The position numbers were made by a program, and so were the translations under genes. The notes under the pieces were generated by a model. It was given only the letters and a program-made list of their open reading frames with translations. It was not told the DNA's origin and searched no databases. A stretch of 64,000 nucleotides of DNA from Raillietiella orientalis (lineage: Eukaryota), in contig JAYWIR010000089.1 of the NCBI GenBank assembly GCA_036172245.1, positions 62,001-126,000 of the forward strand. Direction: 5' to 3'. Below, piece by piece: positions 1 to 15,200 of the stretch. Each line of letters opens with the position of its first letter. Within the stretch, counting starts at the first letter, position 1.

Positions 1-1211
1 AGTATTCAGCGCTGAATAATACAAGTTTTTACTGTCAAGCAAGAAATTGGTATGCATACGATTCCAAGACCCGAAAATTTGTATTCCATGGTAAGGAAAA
101 AAAAACATTTTTTGAATATGAGAAAGAACAACTCATTTTGCAGAAGACAAAGAATGTTCTAACGACACCGGTGTTCAATTTGCTAATGGATGCAATGAAG
201 ACTTCTGGTGGAAGTCCCCTTACAATAAGTCGAAAGATTGCCACAAATACTGTCGTTTCTTCCTGAGACTTATGTCACAAACATGCTCTATAAAGTAAGA
301 AAAACCTCAGCTAATACCCTAGCCATAGATTAAAACTTTACAAAGAGTCAGTATTAATCTTTTGCATCCCTTTAATAACGGAAACCTGCGTTATTCCGTT
401 GGCGCATCTGCATTTTGATAGGAGATTCGATTCTGATAAGGAACCCTAAATAATGTAAAATACTTTATCATCTGAGCATCCTGAAACAACCGTCATTCTA
501 AGGAAATCATCTAGAGATCCGATCATTCATTGCGCAGCTCAGTCTACTCTTCCACCTTGCTCATTATTTGCTTATTCTAAATCTCAGATAAGTTTCAGTT
601 TTCTCACCTGATGAAATGCAGAATCACCTAAATTGTGTCTAATGTAAGCTGCAAGAAGGACATGGAGAAGGAACACTGTAATCTGACTCGATGATGTCCT
701 CATCCAAATTTTGTATGGAGTATTCAATAGACTTTTGGGCTGTGGGAGAAACTTGAAAATTTCCACGATACTGAAGAGCAGACAGTCTCAACCAGCAAAT
801 AGCACCATTCCATCCAAATTAAAATGCGAATAATAAGGAGATAATTTCTGACTATTCGCCAATCAATGAGACGTGAATATTCCATCATGAATCATAGTCG
901 ATAGAAACGAGTATACCAATGCTGTACTGTTCATTTGTCCACATGACTTGAGCTTTTCTCTCCCGCCTTCGCTGAATCGAATCCATAAAGTAGGATTCCC
1001 CCTTAGTTTGCGCCACTGCTACTAGTTTTCTCATCCGAAGGCTTCGAGAGTCCATTTAATTTTCGAAAACGGAAAAGCACCGACAAGCGTAGTCGATGCC
1101 GCTCTCTATCGTGGAGCAGTAGCAACCCAAAGTTCATATGAGAGCATGCTATTCGATTTCCTGCCAATACTGAAACAGTCGAGCGGAACGGTCCCACACT
1201 ATCAATCAGTC

Positions 1212-1287
1212 TTGTCCACCTTGTTTGCTCCGAGTTTCAAGGTTTAAAGAACGTTGTCCACCTTGTTTGCTCCGGGTTCCAAGGTTT
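1212..1287. repeat. Short direct repeat, 2 x 34 bp with 42-bp period
   Basis: TTGTCCACCTTGTTTGCTCCG(A/G)GTT(T/C)CAAGGTTT at 1212-1245 and 1254-1287, 2 mismatches. Confidence 0.85.
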
Positions 1288-3120
1288 TCAACACAAGAAT
1301 GCTCCAGAGTTCTAACGATGTTGACATCGGGGTCTTTCGAGCATCCTATAAACATCACACTCTTGATGTAAACATTGATCTATCTCCGAAATTTTAAACA
1401 TTTTATGGAAGGGTTCAGGGGAAAAAGAAAATTTGTTCTACCTAGCTGCTAACCGAGGTCATGCCGATGTATTGCATAAATGAAATGCTGTTCTTATCGT
1501 GTTCTAGAATTAGACTTATAGAAGCCGATATGAATAGAGGAGTGTCGAGGACTCAGTCATGCCACTCGGCACAGTCGATCTCTATATCGATAGGAGATAA
1601 AAAGCACATACTTTGCGGGAAAAGAAGTGGTGAGGAAGGTAAGACTTTGTTATATTTGAAAACACCAATAAGCATTGACAGTTATTATTTGAAAGCACTA
1701 ACACGAAAGAGCTGTTTCACATGATCTATCATTACTGGGTTTCATGCATCGCACCTTAGAAAACGAATGAAATTTGATGCGAGACTGAGTCACTTTATCA
1801 CGGTTTCCCTTTTTCGTTCTTTTTTAATGAAAATACCCTGATATGTCTCTAAACAAAAAAATTGAATTAACGTGAAAAAGGTGGTGCCATCTACAAGGAG
1901 AGTATGCAGGGCAAATACATTCAATGACTCTGTGGAGATTTGCTCTGCAGTCTTGCAATACTGAAGCTTTACAGTGTAATCTAATTACGATGTAATTAAA
2001 AACATTGCTTTTCTTTGCGAAATCCAACATTTATGATTGCAGTAAAGAAACCGCAATCATAAATGAATGCTTTGGCTCTAAAATTCCAGAAACTGTAAAG
2101 CAGTAGAGAAATGGCTGTCTTTGCTGATTTCGAAACAAAATGGATTTTTGAAACGTGCAAAGAGGAAAGAGCTGAAACAATTGTCTAAATAGGTTCCGCT
2201 TTTGGTAGAAAGTCGACCGAAGCACAGCGCAGAAAAGACCGTAGAGAGATTAGATTGATTTTCATCCGAAATCAGAAAAGAAGGTAGAACTTGCAGAAAT
2301 CGAGCTACGTGCCGCTGACATCTTAATTGGGAGATAACTGCGATCGGATGCGTTCAATTTGTAATGTCGCTGCTGACTGGAAAGACGATCAGAGGGATAA
2401 GTCAAGGAACCTTCATGGTAGACGCCCACCTCATCGGAGCTCTCTCTTTCGGTTTGCAGACAGAGTTGATAAAAGTCGCAGACAGTCGCAGCAGGAGCAG
2501 AGTGTCATTAATGCTGTTAACCTAGGTTCTGTCTGTTGCTTCAGTACAACAGTATTACTAGGTTACATGGAACAACCACCCTGCCATCCATTTCTATGAA
2601 TGTGACGGCCTTGCCGATAACCAGCCATGCAAGTCAACACGGAAATTTAATGATAGCGATTTGTTTTGAAGCTGTTGTTTCATTTTTTTTTTTCCTTTTT
2701 TTCCTGGTCTCAGAATATGTAGAAGCTCTGTAGTATGGACCCTGTTCTGCCGATCCGATGTTCGTTCAGAATTCCATTAAAAAATTAATGCAGACTGGCA
2801 AATGATCCCATTTTACGCAGGCTCTAATTATTTCTGTATTGTTTTGTGAAGATAGGAGGAAGATTTGCATTCTTTACTCACTTGCTGTCAATCTATTCGT
2901 AAATGCGTACAGCTCAGATAAGCGCAATCATGTGAGAGTCACGGCGAACCACTGATGTAACATTGGGATTCGTTTTGCATGCTGAGAACGTTTAGGAACG
3001 TATCCATGTCATACATAATAGCTCAAGCTAAATAATTAAAAAAAAATCATTCTAGAGCAATCACAATTGCTCAAGAATATCGGTGTTTATTTCATATAAT
3101 TTCCATTTCTTCTATTTTAG

Positions 3121-3219
3121 TGGCTTTCAGAACTGGAAAGGCTATGACCCTGATATTAGTAACCCAGCTTAGAAGATTTGCTCTTCACATAAAAGCTTAT
3201 AAGTGTGGATGCAAATCTG
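3121..3219 (+). CDS. Possible upstream exon of the Cys-repeat gene (AFRTGKAMTLILVTQLRRFALHIKAYKCGCKS)
   Basis: ttctattttag acceptor, G|gtgaga donor, 99 nt, open in phase 1-1; not a typical module. Confidence 0.45.
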
Positions 3220-6200
3220 GTGAGAATGCATCTTACCTTCCGTGTTTACACTATTCATCAATCCATGATTTCTAAAGAGATTTTGCGAACACCATAGTAC
3301 AAGTTTGTGTTTTCCTGTTGAACACTGATCTCATCCAGTTGAGAGGATGATTTTTTCATCTCATTTACGTCAACGATCCCACAGAGATTCTTTTGCGATC
3401 TCTTAAAACCCAAGAATCTTCATAAGCGCAGCGCAAAATCATATAAAATCCCTTTTCGAGAGCAAGTTGCCACTGCTTTGATTCGAATCCTCACAGCTTA
3501 AACTTTAGTGCGCTCAAGCTTTATACTAATATGAAGCACCTTTATTCTGGAAAATTGTTTGAAACGATAAAAACAGTTAATAAGCGTCAACAGTCCAGAG
3601 AACAGTGCAATCCCTGGATCTCGGAAGTCCTCGTGCACAGTATGCATACTGTTTTTTGAGAACAAGGGAACTGCTTGTGCTTAGAAATCCCCAGTCTCGA
3701 AAACTCTGTTTTGCTTTCCAGATCCCTTGGAGAGAAAAAAGATACCTTGTGAAAAGCAAGCAATTAAAGACGAAAACTGTCCGTGCTCGAGAACCAGAGG
3801 GAATGAATGTTGGGGCTGCTGTGGATCGCAAAATAAATGCGTCAAAGACGAGTGTAACCTTCTTCTGTCTTTTGTTTATGTAATATGTTCACGAAATAAC
3901 TATATTCTCAATTTCGTGAAATCAATATCTTTTGAGGCAGTCACCATGCATGCATGCAAAGTCATACACATGCATGCATGTGAACTGTCACAATGTGGCG
4001 GAAAAGTCGCACACGGGAATGTATAGTCATCTAAGGAACTCCTCAAAATACCTCAAATTCATTACCGCATATGCAGTAATACATGTGCTCAGCTCAGTGC
4101 AGGGTTCTATAGTATTCATTAAGCTGCAGGATCACAAGCGTCTAGAACAAGTGTATTGCGAAGAATTCTGCAATTTCAACGAGGATTCAGTGCACATGCC
4201 TTTACACCCTGAATACATTTTGGTGATTTGACACGATTGAGGGGATATCGTTTTGCCAACTGTGCTAGAATCCAATTCACTTTGAAAAATGTATAGTAGA
4301 TTTTTGTTTCTCTCTCTCTCCCCCTTTCGTACTCCGGAAGGACCGCAGTCGTCTCTTGGTGTCTGTACTCCCTTTATTAGAGGTACGATGTCGAAAACAA
4401 AAGCATCTTTTCAAAAATCTACAGGGCATCTTGCTTAGAGAGCGTCTTAGAGTGTGCTTGTCTCGGATCTTCGGAAGCAATAGAAAACGGACTGGTGACA
4501 AGCTACGTTGAAGCAATAGCATTTCGAGTTACCATTACTAACGACACTTTAAATTCCCAAATATCAAATAAATAAATACCAGTCGATTCCACACAGTTTG
4601 GTAGCTTTTCTTATATTTCATGAGGTCTGGAGTCTATTCGTTGGAAGAGCATCCATGGAAATTCCGCACACGCATCGTTACTTGAAAAATTGCAATCCTT
4701 CTCTTAGCTGCATTCAGTTCAAAGCGAGATTGCTTCATGTCACGAATACAAGTTCAAAATCCGTATTTTAGACAGCCAGCGTTTAGGGAAAGGGAAGAAA
4801 TCTCTTTGTTCCTTTTCATTCCCATTTTGTTCGTTCGTGGATTGTAAAATGCACACAGGAACATATCAAAATCGTACATAGCAAACTTTAGAGGTAAGAG
4901 GCAGTTTCTCAGGTACTTGAGAAGAAAGCCCATGTTCGAGTAGACTTGCAGTGGATAATTGAGAATGCACAGCCCTGAATTTTGTGGGTCTCTGCGTGTG
5001 CGACTGCGACCATAATTTCCTAGAATTCTTCTTTCTTTTGTGGTGTTATATCAAGTGTTCACACATTTGATGAACATCAAGAACATCTTGCTCTAATACA
5101 GAGAGTTCAATTCTAAAAAGTGACCTTCATAAAAGTGGATCCTCTCATTTGAAACAACGGGATATTCACGAAAAGTGACGGCACGCTGGTCCAAGAGTGA
5201 GCGGGCATCTTCCGAACGTTTGGTAATCATTTTAGAGTTAGAATGACCAGTTTTGTAGTAGACTACGAAAGTGGTCATACGCGTGTCAGTGAACTCTGAG
5301 GCAGGACTCGGAACTTTGGCAAATCCTCCAGACAGATTAGGGTTTAGCACGTTTCCCATTTTTCGTGTAACTTTATTCCAAGAAGGAACTGTACAAGCGA
5401 GATGAAAATCTCCTCATTTGAATTTTTTGAATTTATTCTCCTTAATAATCATATTTTTGATCTCAATCCTTTACATTTTAGGTCCAGAAGTTCTTCCAGG
5501 TGAGTATTTCGTTTTTTTCATGTCTATCTGCCGGCATAGGAAATCTGCTTTCGAAATGTGTGCTTACACCGGGTTACTGATGAAGTCCCAAATTCTCTTA
5601 ATGTTACCGTGCTCCTTCTCTGATTTCTCAGAAGCTGCCTTCATTTATTAATTCGGTCGTCATCTTTAAGCACTATAGCGCTTGCATCTCTCGTGCTTCA
5701 AGATGAACGAAAGGAGTGCTTTATCTTACTCGCTCTTTTGTGGATTCATGTTAGACATTTCTTCAAATAAATTTCAGAATGTCCCAAAGCCAGTAAAGCT
5801 TTGTTTGGCTGTCCTTGTTCAAAGAAGGACCCTTGCATTGATGGTTTGGAATGTAGCTCCGATGGACTATGTGGTAAGGTCAAAGAAGAAAGCTCAGGAG
5901 AACACACATGCTTTTCTAATTCTTGTTTTCATGCAAGACATATGTAAAACACCAGGAAATTATAATTGTCCATGCCTCACAAATGAAACTTGCAGTTATC
6001 CGTACAAATGCATAAATGGAACTTGCAGTGAGTTGTTCAATGAGAACTGGAAGAATTTCTGGAAGATTTGATTTGCCCTAGTCACATGCAGCCCGAAGGA
6101 TGCTTTTGTTTAACTGGGGACAGATGCATGAGTGGAATCTGTAAGAGGAAACGATGTGGTAAGTTGAACAATTCTGCAAGCGTGCTCCTTTTTTGTCCAT

Positions 6201-9200
6201 GCTCCTTTTTCCAAGTGTTGCTATAGAAAAACAAACACACTTTCCTGGAAGTTTTACCTCGCAACATGATTAATATACACTAATCCTAGTTAATACAGCA
6301 CTTGATTTCTATAGTATGCAATAAGTACATGAGCAATAATGATAATGATTTATTCAATAGATTTCACTCCTTGTTTCATCCAAACATGATCTTTTTTCTG
6401 ATAGTGTCGAACTTTAGCATGACTTATCGATGGCTGCATATGCCTTACTCGAATCCCCGGGCAGTTTGAAGGGTTTTCTTATGTTTCCAAAAATTTTCAT
6501 AGGATATACCATCATGAGCATATCCACTTTGAAAGCACTTTGTACTTGAGGAACTTTCGCTTTCGGAATTTCCTGGGTCTCTGTTACAGTTGAGAAAATA
6601 AAAAAAACGAAAACCGAAGCGGCAATGATGCCATCGTATTTACCGCCAGTCAGAGGCTTGCGCTTTTTCTGAAGAGGTACGAAAAAGTAATAAGTGCACG
6701 TTTCGGAGCATCCTTTTCAAACATTCCAGCTTCTTCGATTGAATGAACAGAAAACAGGACACCGGGTCGTTTGAGCAGAAATTGCCCGATAAGAATGCCT
6801 TCTCGTTACCTGAAATGCTGATGCTGGTTGGCTATGAATAAGAAAGAATGACTACTGTAAACGGTGGAGGGGTTTAAGAGTGTACGTGGACACAAGGCCT
6901 GTGCCGCAACAACTTCAACGAATTCTTCGCGTTTCGAAAAGAATATGCTGGGTACTTGGGGAAGGTCAGCAACAATCTCGAATACCTAGAACTGCTCCAG
7001 GGCTGGATGCTCCTAGAAATCACACAATAAACATCAGGGGTTACGTCATTTTTTTCATTTTTTCCCTTGCTTCCTTCCACGATAACGATCACTTCCTGAG
7101 TTTTATGCGATTACCGTATCCACACAATAAGAAGGTGATACATATTGGTTGTTTTGCAAAGAAAAAGACTCTTGATTCGTAGTTTCCATGTACTGACCGT
7201 TTCATGCGTTACGGACTTTGCCATGGTAAGTGCCCTGTAATTAGCACGGAAGCGGTCTTGAATGAATCAGGATGCTGTGCTTGAGAAAGATTCATTTTTG
7301 AGAGGAGCAGATCCGTGCAGTATCACATGCCATGAAAGGGGTCACCGGGCTCGAGCGCAAGTGGAGTCCTTCGAGACACTCGTTGGAACCGATACAGTTC
7401 TGTCTTAAGGTGCTTTATTGAGCTGACTTTGGGGAAGCGACCCAAGTATAGGCAGAGAAATCAAAGATCAGAAACATGATTGAAAAAAGAAATCTGTTTA
7501 TCATTAGGATCCTGCTTTTCAGTTGCTTGTCCACTGACTTCAAAACCAGAAGGTTGCGCATGTAGCTCTGAAAGCGAATGTTTTCCCGGTCTGAAGTGTG
7601 ATTCTGGATCATGTGGTAAAGAATTTCCTGTACTGAAAAACAGAAAATCAACTGATTAAAATGGCCATTTCTTCAAAGTTTATAAAAAATTTCATTTGTT
7701 CCATAGTGTTAGATTGCGAACCACTACCCAGGTCTCCTTACTGCGGATGCACAGCTCCTGCATGGTGTACAAGCAAAAATTGCGTTCACGGAAAGTGTGG
7801 TAAGAAATTTGATGTGGCACTTTAAAATTACAGTGCGACATGTAATGTCAATTCTTCTGTCAAAAGGGAGGGAAAGAGAAGAAGATTGGTTTCAAGAGTT
7901 GCGCAGACTTGTTCAATATGCTTTCTTCAGCTTTGAAATGCAGGAATGAATAAGGGAGGGCATCTGACAGACAACTGCACACTACAGACAACAGAACCCG
8001 AAAATGATAGATTTCGAATAGTCGCCTCTTGAGATGTAGGCAGAGCAGATAATCTGACTGAGAATTCTCCCAGATAACTCGTTGCTTTTCGTTTTGCAAG
8101 CAATCTTTGTTGGTTGTTTCGGAGATCGCAAGCTGTGCACTAATGTGCACCACAACACTCATGTGTGCCATATGTATCTGCTTATGCTAAGATTCCGGTC
8201 AGTGATTCAAAAAGACTTTTATGGAAAGGATACGGACATGGATCGTGTTAATTGCAGCATGAATGTTCGGATATGCAGTGAATTCGTATGACAATCAGAA
8301 GGGAAGAGTGGTTAAATGTACGGAAGAATTAATTCCGTCGAAAAAAACATGATTGTGTTCGCTTTTTGTAATGTTTGCCTATAGAGGGGCAAATTTCTAA
8401 CAGCCTGATATGCAATAAATTATTCTTAATGAGGCAATGCATGCAAGTGGGAAATTGCTACTTTCTTGCGCCAAGCTATGAAGGATGGAGAAAAACAGTT
8501 GCATTTCATGCCAGTGGTCATGACTTGGGGCTTCGGAATAGTAGTAGCATTAATAATATGAGATCGTGATGGTTGCTCGTATAATCCTACCTAAGGAGTG
8601 TGCTCGTTCCGTTGTAATAGCTGTGTCTTGCCATTGGAGTAAAGGTTGAAAAGCGTTACATCTGAAGCTCCCATTAGCCGAATGCTTCCAGTTGCGTTTT
8701 GTAATCCAGGAGGTCTCTAGACGGACCTATACTTGATGTCCATAATTATGATTCTTATGATGCTCATTTTCAAGACTCCTCTGCTGTCTGCCTTTATAAA
8801 TTAGAGCCTTTTCCGATCTCAATGGCTCATCGAATACCAAAAAACTGAAGTGCAAGTCTTAAAAGAATCCACTTGCGAAACTCATTTTCTTTTCGTCTTT
8901 AAGACCACCTTTGCTTTCCTGTATGTTCGATTGCAGATCCATCAACTGGGAGATGCAGGACCGAGTTGGACTGCGCTAAAGGATACAGCTGCTCGGGTGG
9001 ACGGTGCAGTAAGTTTCTCAAAGCGCTCTTTACAAACTGCTCACAAACTTGGAAACCTTTGTTCGTTTGCACATTTTCCATATGGGATGAAAAAATTTCA
9101 CTAGAATATGACATCTCTTCTCAATACATCTGTAAACACGTTCCTTGCTTTTGCTGAATTATTATCTATCTGGATGTTTTTCTTTCTTTATTGTAGAGAT

Positions 9201-12200
9201 TATTTGTACTAAAATACCTTTGGCCCCTACTTGTCCATGCGAGCAACCTGGTAGCTGTTCCATTAAGTCATGCTCGGCAGGAAGATGCGGTAAGTCTGTC
9301 GTTTGCTTTGCACTCTTATGCAAGCCTCTCTGCTGCTCATTTTTTCTCTTGCGTGACTTCAAAGATCCGTGCATTGCAGGAAATTTTTTACAAAAACATC
9401 GGAATTTCCGAATTCAACACGAAGACTGGAGTGATGCACGAGTCTTAGAAGTAATTTGTGCACAAAAATTAAGAATATTCGTAGCGCTCATTCACTTTTA
9501 TTATTAATAATGTCATTAGATTAGTAGATTTCTGCATCGGGCTAAGTGAATCAGTACAGGTTGATCCCAATACAGCTGTTTTCTTTCTTACATTTCAGAT
9601 GTTTGCATCCGTTCTTTGGGAACCAGGAATTGTCCGTGTCCATGTGCACCTGGATATAAATGTGCTACCATCACTAAGATGGTCGAGAGATGCGGTAAAT
9701 GATGTATTAAGAAATTTTTGAAATAGACGGCTCACCTTCGAGCCTGACTTTCTTCTTTCGAGAAAAGATACTAAGGATATGATTTGCTCTCGCGTTTGAA
9801 TTTTCGATTGTTCAATGTTTGAGTTTTCTCTCTTCGTCCTTGCATCAGATGATTTTTGCTCTTAAACTATAAGAATCAGTCGAGAAACACTCAGTGATTT
9901 TTGAAAGGGAATCAGTTTATCAACGTAGGCATGAAACTTGGAGCTGGACAGACGATGAAAAGAACTTCTGAATTGCAGATATTGATTCTTATAGCTTGTT
10001 GGATACTTGAATTGATTCGAACAGAACTTCTGAACTATGTTACGTTGATCGTTCTTTAGCGCGCTTGAACCCTGGGATAGATGCAGAACGAAAATGATGG
10101 TAGATACGCGAAGATGGACCAGTCAAACTAGATGTTCCGCGAGATACAGAATTTCAATTTCTCTGCATGTCAATCCTTTGATTCCTCACAGCGCAATCGA
10201 GTTTTGCATATTCGGCAGTTTGACAAGAACATGGTGCTCCTTACACTGAAGGCTGCATACGTCGTCAATCGATCCCTAAAACTGAATCATTAGGAAGTTT
10301 TTTTTAGCAAACCTCCAAGTGTCAAGAAAATGCTCTTTATGCGTTTTCTATCTGAGTAAAGTTAAAACAGTCTTAACATAAACGCTGCCATTAAGATTCT
10401 GAATACGACGATCTCTCTGTAGAAGGAAATGTTTTTCAGAATATGATCGAGGGACACATATTGTCCTTTCTGAAGGCTCCATTATTCTGTGTTTAGGATT
10501 CAAAAGTAAATAAGATCGAAGCCAGCTACGTAATTCTTGAGAGCGCGATGTGCGATGGCCAAGACGCGGTGAATGTAAGGAAGGGGCTGTTGAAAGCTGG
10601 ACCACTGCTTCTCTCTTCACCAGTACTGGGTAACGAGCGCGAAAGATTTCAAGGTTAATCACAAATGGTATCATAAAGAGAGAGCTGCGGAAGGTGAAAC
10701 ACTAATCTTTTTTGCGAATTCGCGGAAACTGATTGCGTTAGCTAACGCAACTGCATATGGTTGTAAGCTCTACTTGTCTTCTTTCCCCGTTGAACGAGGT
10801 ATATCTTAGCCAGGGAAATACGTATATGGTCGTATGCGGAAAAATGTGTTCTAGTTTTACCGTAAGAGTCGAAGAGTGGTTTGCATCCCGATTTTCCAAG
10901 ACTGCGCGATGAGTTGGGAATAAAACTGCCCAGATATAGGAAGAGGAAATAAAAAATAGGATTACAACGATCGCTTCCGTGTTATTGGGATGCGCATTTT
11001 CTCGTTAATCTCTTGGTGTCATGCACTGTCTTGATGCGTTCTGTTTTTCGAATGAATGTTTTTATGGAAGTGCTGCCGATTAACAAATGAGCAAGAACCT
11101 CTGCAGGAGACCGACGAAAACTGAGTTCACTTCGATACGAGAGCATGCAACTTAAAGTTTCGCCTTTCAGCACCCAATTGCAATGCAAGCGTCAATGTTG
11201 TTGGCTGCCCTTGCGAAGAGAACAAGGAATGCACAAGCTTCACGTGCTTACGGCGGAAATGCGGTAAGTGCTTGGAAAACGCGTTGCTTTAGACTGACTG
11301 CGAGGCACGATTACCACGTCGATGTTGACGTGAAAAGCAGTTGAGATATCATCGGTGTGCTTTAAGAGATGACTGTATCTTTCTGCCATGTTAGAATTTG
11401 CCGAATGCGTCAATGACATGCCAAGAAGCAAAGCACAATTAAGCAGATTTCGGTTTTTCCCGAAATTCAGATAAATCGAAAGCTTGAAATTAGAGAAATA
11501 GTTGTCCGGAACGTGTGCAAGAGTCATGTCGGATTGCAGCTGGTTTCAGATGCCTGCCAGCGAAATTTTTGTAAACGTTCGTTCAGTAACTTTTCGACGG
11601 TATTCTTTGCATTCATATGGTAATAAACTGCGCTCGTTTCATTCCATGGACTTTCCCGTTTCGCTTTGGCAGACACGTCTTGTTCCACGCAATGATAGAG
11701 AGAATAGTTATCTAAGAGAAAGACGCGTGAGTACGTGCAGATGCAAAGGAGAAGCTTCCAAGTCAATCACAAAACCATGTTTTCTAGAATCTTGCGGAGA
11801 GTCTCACGGTCTTGAGGACTGCCCTTGTCTCTCTAACATGGATTGTGCATACGATCTGGCATGTTCGACATTTGGATTTTGCGGTGAGTGACACAGAGCC
11901 ATTCGAGTCTCCGCCTATCATACAGGCATTTCTTTAAAATACCTCGAAATTCTTCACCAATCAATACAAAAACACACACATTCGGGTCGCAAATGCATCG
12001 CATGATTCAATACCAATTCCAAGCAGCCATGGTCCAAAACTCATTTCCATCACTTTTAGAGAGAAGACTTCAATGCGAGAAAGCTGTCTCCGCATTATTC
12101 TGCCCTTGTGATGGGAAGAAATGCGCCTCAGAATTGGAATGTAAGACAAATTTATGCGGTAAGTAAGCGTGGTTTTGACTTAAAGAAGATGATGATCGGC

Positions 12201-15200
12201 TGCCACATCCGAGCCTGAGCCGATTTCCCTCGGTCGCTTCTGTGATCGAATATGTAGGGTTTCTTTCTTATCATGTGCAAAGGCACCCGATTCATCTAGT
12301 ATACATCTTTAAAATGTGTACTGGAAACAGCAAAGCAAGCCCTCACATCATTGGAAACGGCAACTGAAGGCTGCGAAGTGTTATTCTGGAAGGAATTTTT
12401 CGAAACAGCAAAAATAGAAAGTCGAAGGAAAAGTCATGGCTTTCGGCGGCACTACCTTCAAATACTTTCTTCTGATTACTGTACTCAGTGGAAGTTATGC
12501 ATGCAAATGAAATACTAAGGCACTGGCTTGTGAATTCTCAAATACCTATGATCACCTATGATCTTTACATGTTTTCATCATCTCGAGGAACTTGAAACTC
12601 TGCTCCGATACAAGTAGTTCGGAAGAAAGCTGTTCATGAATCTCTCATTGTAGGCTCATGGGATTGTCATTATTCATCCTGTGCCATCACATCACTATTA
12701 TCATTTTGGTTTGTGGAAATCATCCACTTCTTATAACTGAAGTTTCTTCTTTACTAATGCAAACAATAGGCCGTCTGGAATCGAGAATTCGTTGCTGTTG
12801 AGTCAACTCAGGTGTTACGGGTATGAGCCAACTTTTTCCATGCTTAACAAAATCTCTCAGGTTCCTATGGATGCATTCATGTAGTTCATTATGTATGTAC
12901 TAAGCTTTAAATCTGCTTTCGATTTTTTAAGAGAAATTTGCTTTCGTGATTTCGTCACAACTAAAAGCAAAGCAACATTGCTAGCTTGCTCAATATTTTC
13001 GTGAACATGTAGGGGAAACTCGCACCGAAATTCATGCATATGTCGTCCACCTTCAAGAGATCAGAATTGTTCACTGAAATCTCTCAAAGGAATTTCTTGC
13101 TCCTTGGAAATGCGTAACTTCCTGAAAAAAAAATCGATCCATCGATAAGAAGTCTCTTCCCATTTGGACTTCATTGCTCGCTCTCGTGAAACTCGAAGTT
13201 GTCGCTTCTGCTTGCATGACAGCTTACCAATTCTCCAATGGTTTAGCAAGGACAAGAAACAAGAATCTGGAAGATCCCGGATTCTCTAGGAAAATATGTT
13301 TCTGCTCCCGTATGTTCCGATCAGAATCTTGACTTTCCGTCGGCATTTATTTTTGCTCTCAGCAACTTGCAAACACGCACCGTTTCACACGAAAAATTCG
13401 TATGTCTGAGGATTCATTTTCATTCATTTTTTTTCCATTTCTTCATGAGTTTGCACTTGCTTTTTGGTAAAAGAGAAAGAAGCCTTGGAATGGTAACAAA
13501 CCCCTGTTTTTGAAAAGGTGAGGAGTGCTTTGCTGGATGGGTAACTTGATTTGACAGTTACCTGTTTCGCAAGCAAAGAGAGCAAAACTCAAGCATGACT
13601 CGAGGATTTAGTAGGGATGCACGTAATTACAGTTTGAATCCCCCTATCTTACAATATGATTCTTGTGGGTAAGAATGATCCAGATCGCTCGTATTCTCAG
13701 CATTACAGTGCCTCATGAGCAACGTCTTAAAAAACACTTTTCCACACTTTCGTCGTCATCATTATTATTTTTTTTTGGATCTCTCTGTGGCTCCAAGGAA
13801 AGTGATCGGCTGGTTGTCTTGCAGTTCGATAAATATGTAACATATGTACCCATGACTTTCGTATTTTTGAATGTCTAAAGAGAAATGTGCAGAAAATTCC
13901 AAGCAGTCATGGAATTACACAATAAGAATGTATGTGCAACTGATTCCTGTGCTTTGGATTGCATTCTAGGATTCCATAATTGTCATTACAGAATCATTCA
14001 TAATGAAAAATATTCGGTGATCAAATTCTATTTGGTTTTAGAGCATCCTATAGAAGCATGCAAATCTTCATTATACAAGGGACCATCTTGTCCCTGCTCG
14101 CATCCAGAAGAATGTGCATCTCAGCTCTGCAAGAGAGAAATCTGTGGTGAGCACCATCGTGTCCTCATTTTCTGAATCAACTTGCGGAAGTATGTAAAGA
14201 ACTCGTGAATCTATTTTTCTTTCGGCAATAGCTGCTCGTGCTCTTTGTTTTCTTTAATGACTGAAGTGCGACTGCAGTAAACAAACTTATCTTTGGTCAA
14301 ACTTTGAAGGAATTGCGAAATGCCTCAGAAGCACTGAAAGATTGATTATTTTTCAGCCGTCTGCTCAGGATCTGGTCGAGACGTGAACTGCGACTGCTTT
14401 ACGAGGGAAGACTGCAAGAAATCATTCATATGTGATTCGACGAAACATGTCTGCGGTATGCTGTTTAGTTGTAAACCGATTATTGTCATTGACCTTATCC
14501 GATCGAATCTGCTCCAATGCAGTGCTGATAAATACACTCCGGTTCCGTGAAGTGTATTCGTACCGATTCAAGAATAGATAGAAACGCATTTTTGGTATAA
14601 AATACAAATTCCTTGACCCAGAAATGATGAAAATTAAAAGTCGGTTGAAATGCTCGACTCCCGAATGACCGAAACATTTTGTGATTCACTTTTTATTCGT
14701 GTTCAAATGAGCTTTGTTTTGCAGTTTTGATTTCTACCAAATGACTACCTTGTCTTGTTCATAGCTCCAGGTTGTGGGGAACCTGTGAGATCTCCTGGAT
14801 GCCCTTGCGCTAAGGATAAGGAATGCATAACTGAAGACTGCTATCAAAACAGATGCAGTTAGTATGAACTTTTGCATCCTTTCTGTTCAAGAAGAAGAAA
14901 TGGCATCTTCTTTCTGATTTCCATCAATCAATGACTGCCTTATCTGCTTTTGGAGAGCATATTTTTCTCAAGCTTTCTATCCAGCCAAGTGATGAAGCAG
15001 AAGGGCATCAGCGAACAACTGCATAACGAGCTGGTGCTAACAATCTGGCTATCCTGAATTAGCCCGTGGGATCTATTTCCTTAGGATGATTTTTTGCCAT
15101 AATGAAAGATCGCAGGTTGAACTTTTGTGCGTGTGACGAAGTCAACTGGAATCTGTGGAATGTGCACCTGGGAAAAGTAGTATTGGTGCCTTTATTACTG

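Noticed and set aside
3945..3980. CATG/TGCA repeats
   Set aside because: Low-complexity microsatellite-like sequence.
7183..7225. Possible exon FPCTDRFMRYGLCH with a good gtaagt donor
   Set aside because: Would start in phase 0, incompatible with the flanking phase-1 exons unless an unseen partner exon exists.
8202..8277. Possible phase 1-1 exon (IQKDFYGKDTDMDRVNCSMNVRIC)
   Set aside because: Only 2 Cys and weak splice sites; cannot be distinguished from chance.
10733..10750. Perfect 18-bp palindrome TTGCGTTAGCTAACGCAA
   Set aside because: Isolated intronic palindrome with no associated element ends or other support.
11502..11580. Cys-containing stretch after aaatag within the array
   Set aside because: No frame gives the module spacing together with a convincing donor.
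15116..15180. FCACDE...ICGMC fragments resembling a decayed module
   Set aside because: Cys residues fall in different frames and the acceptor phase gives a stop; at most a pseudo-exon.
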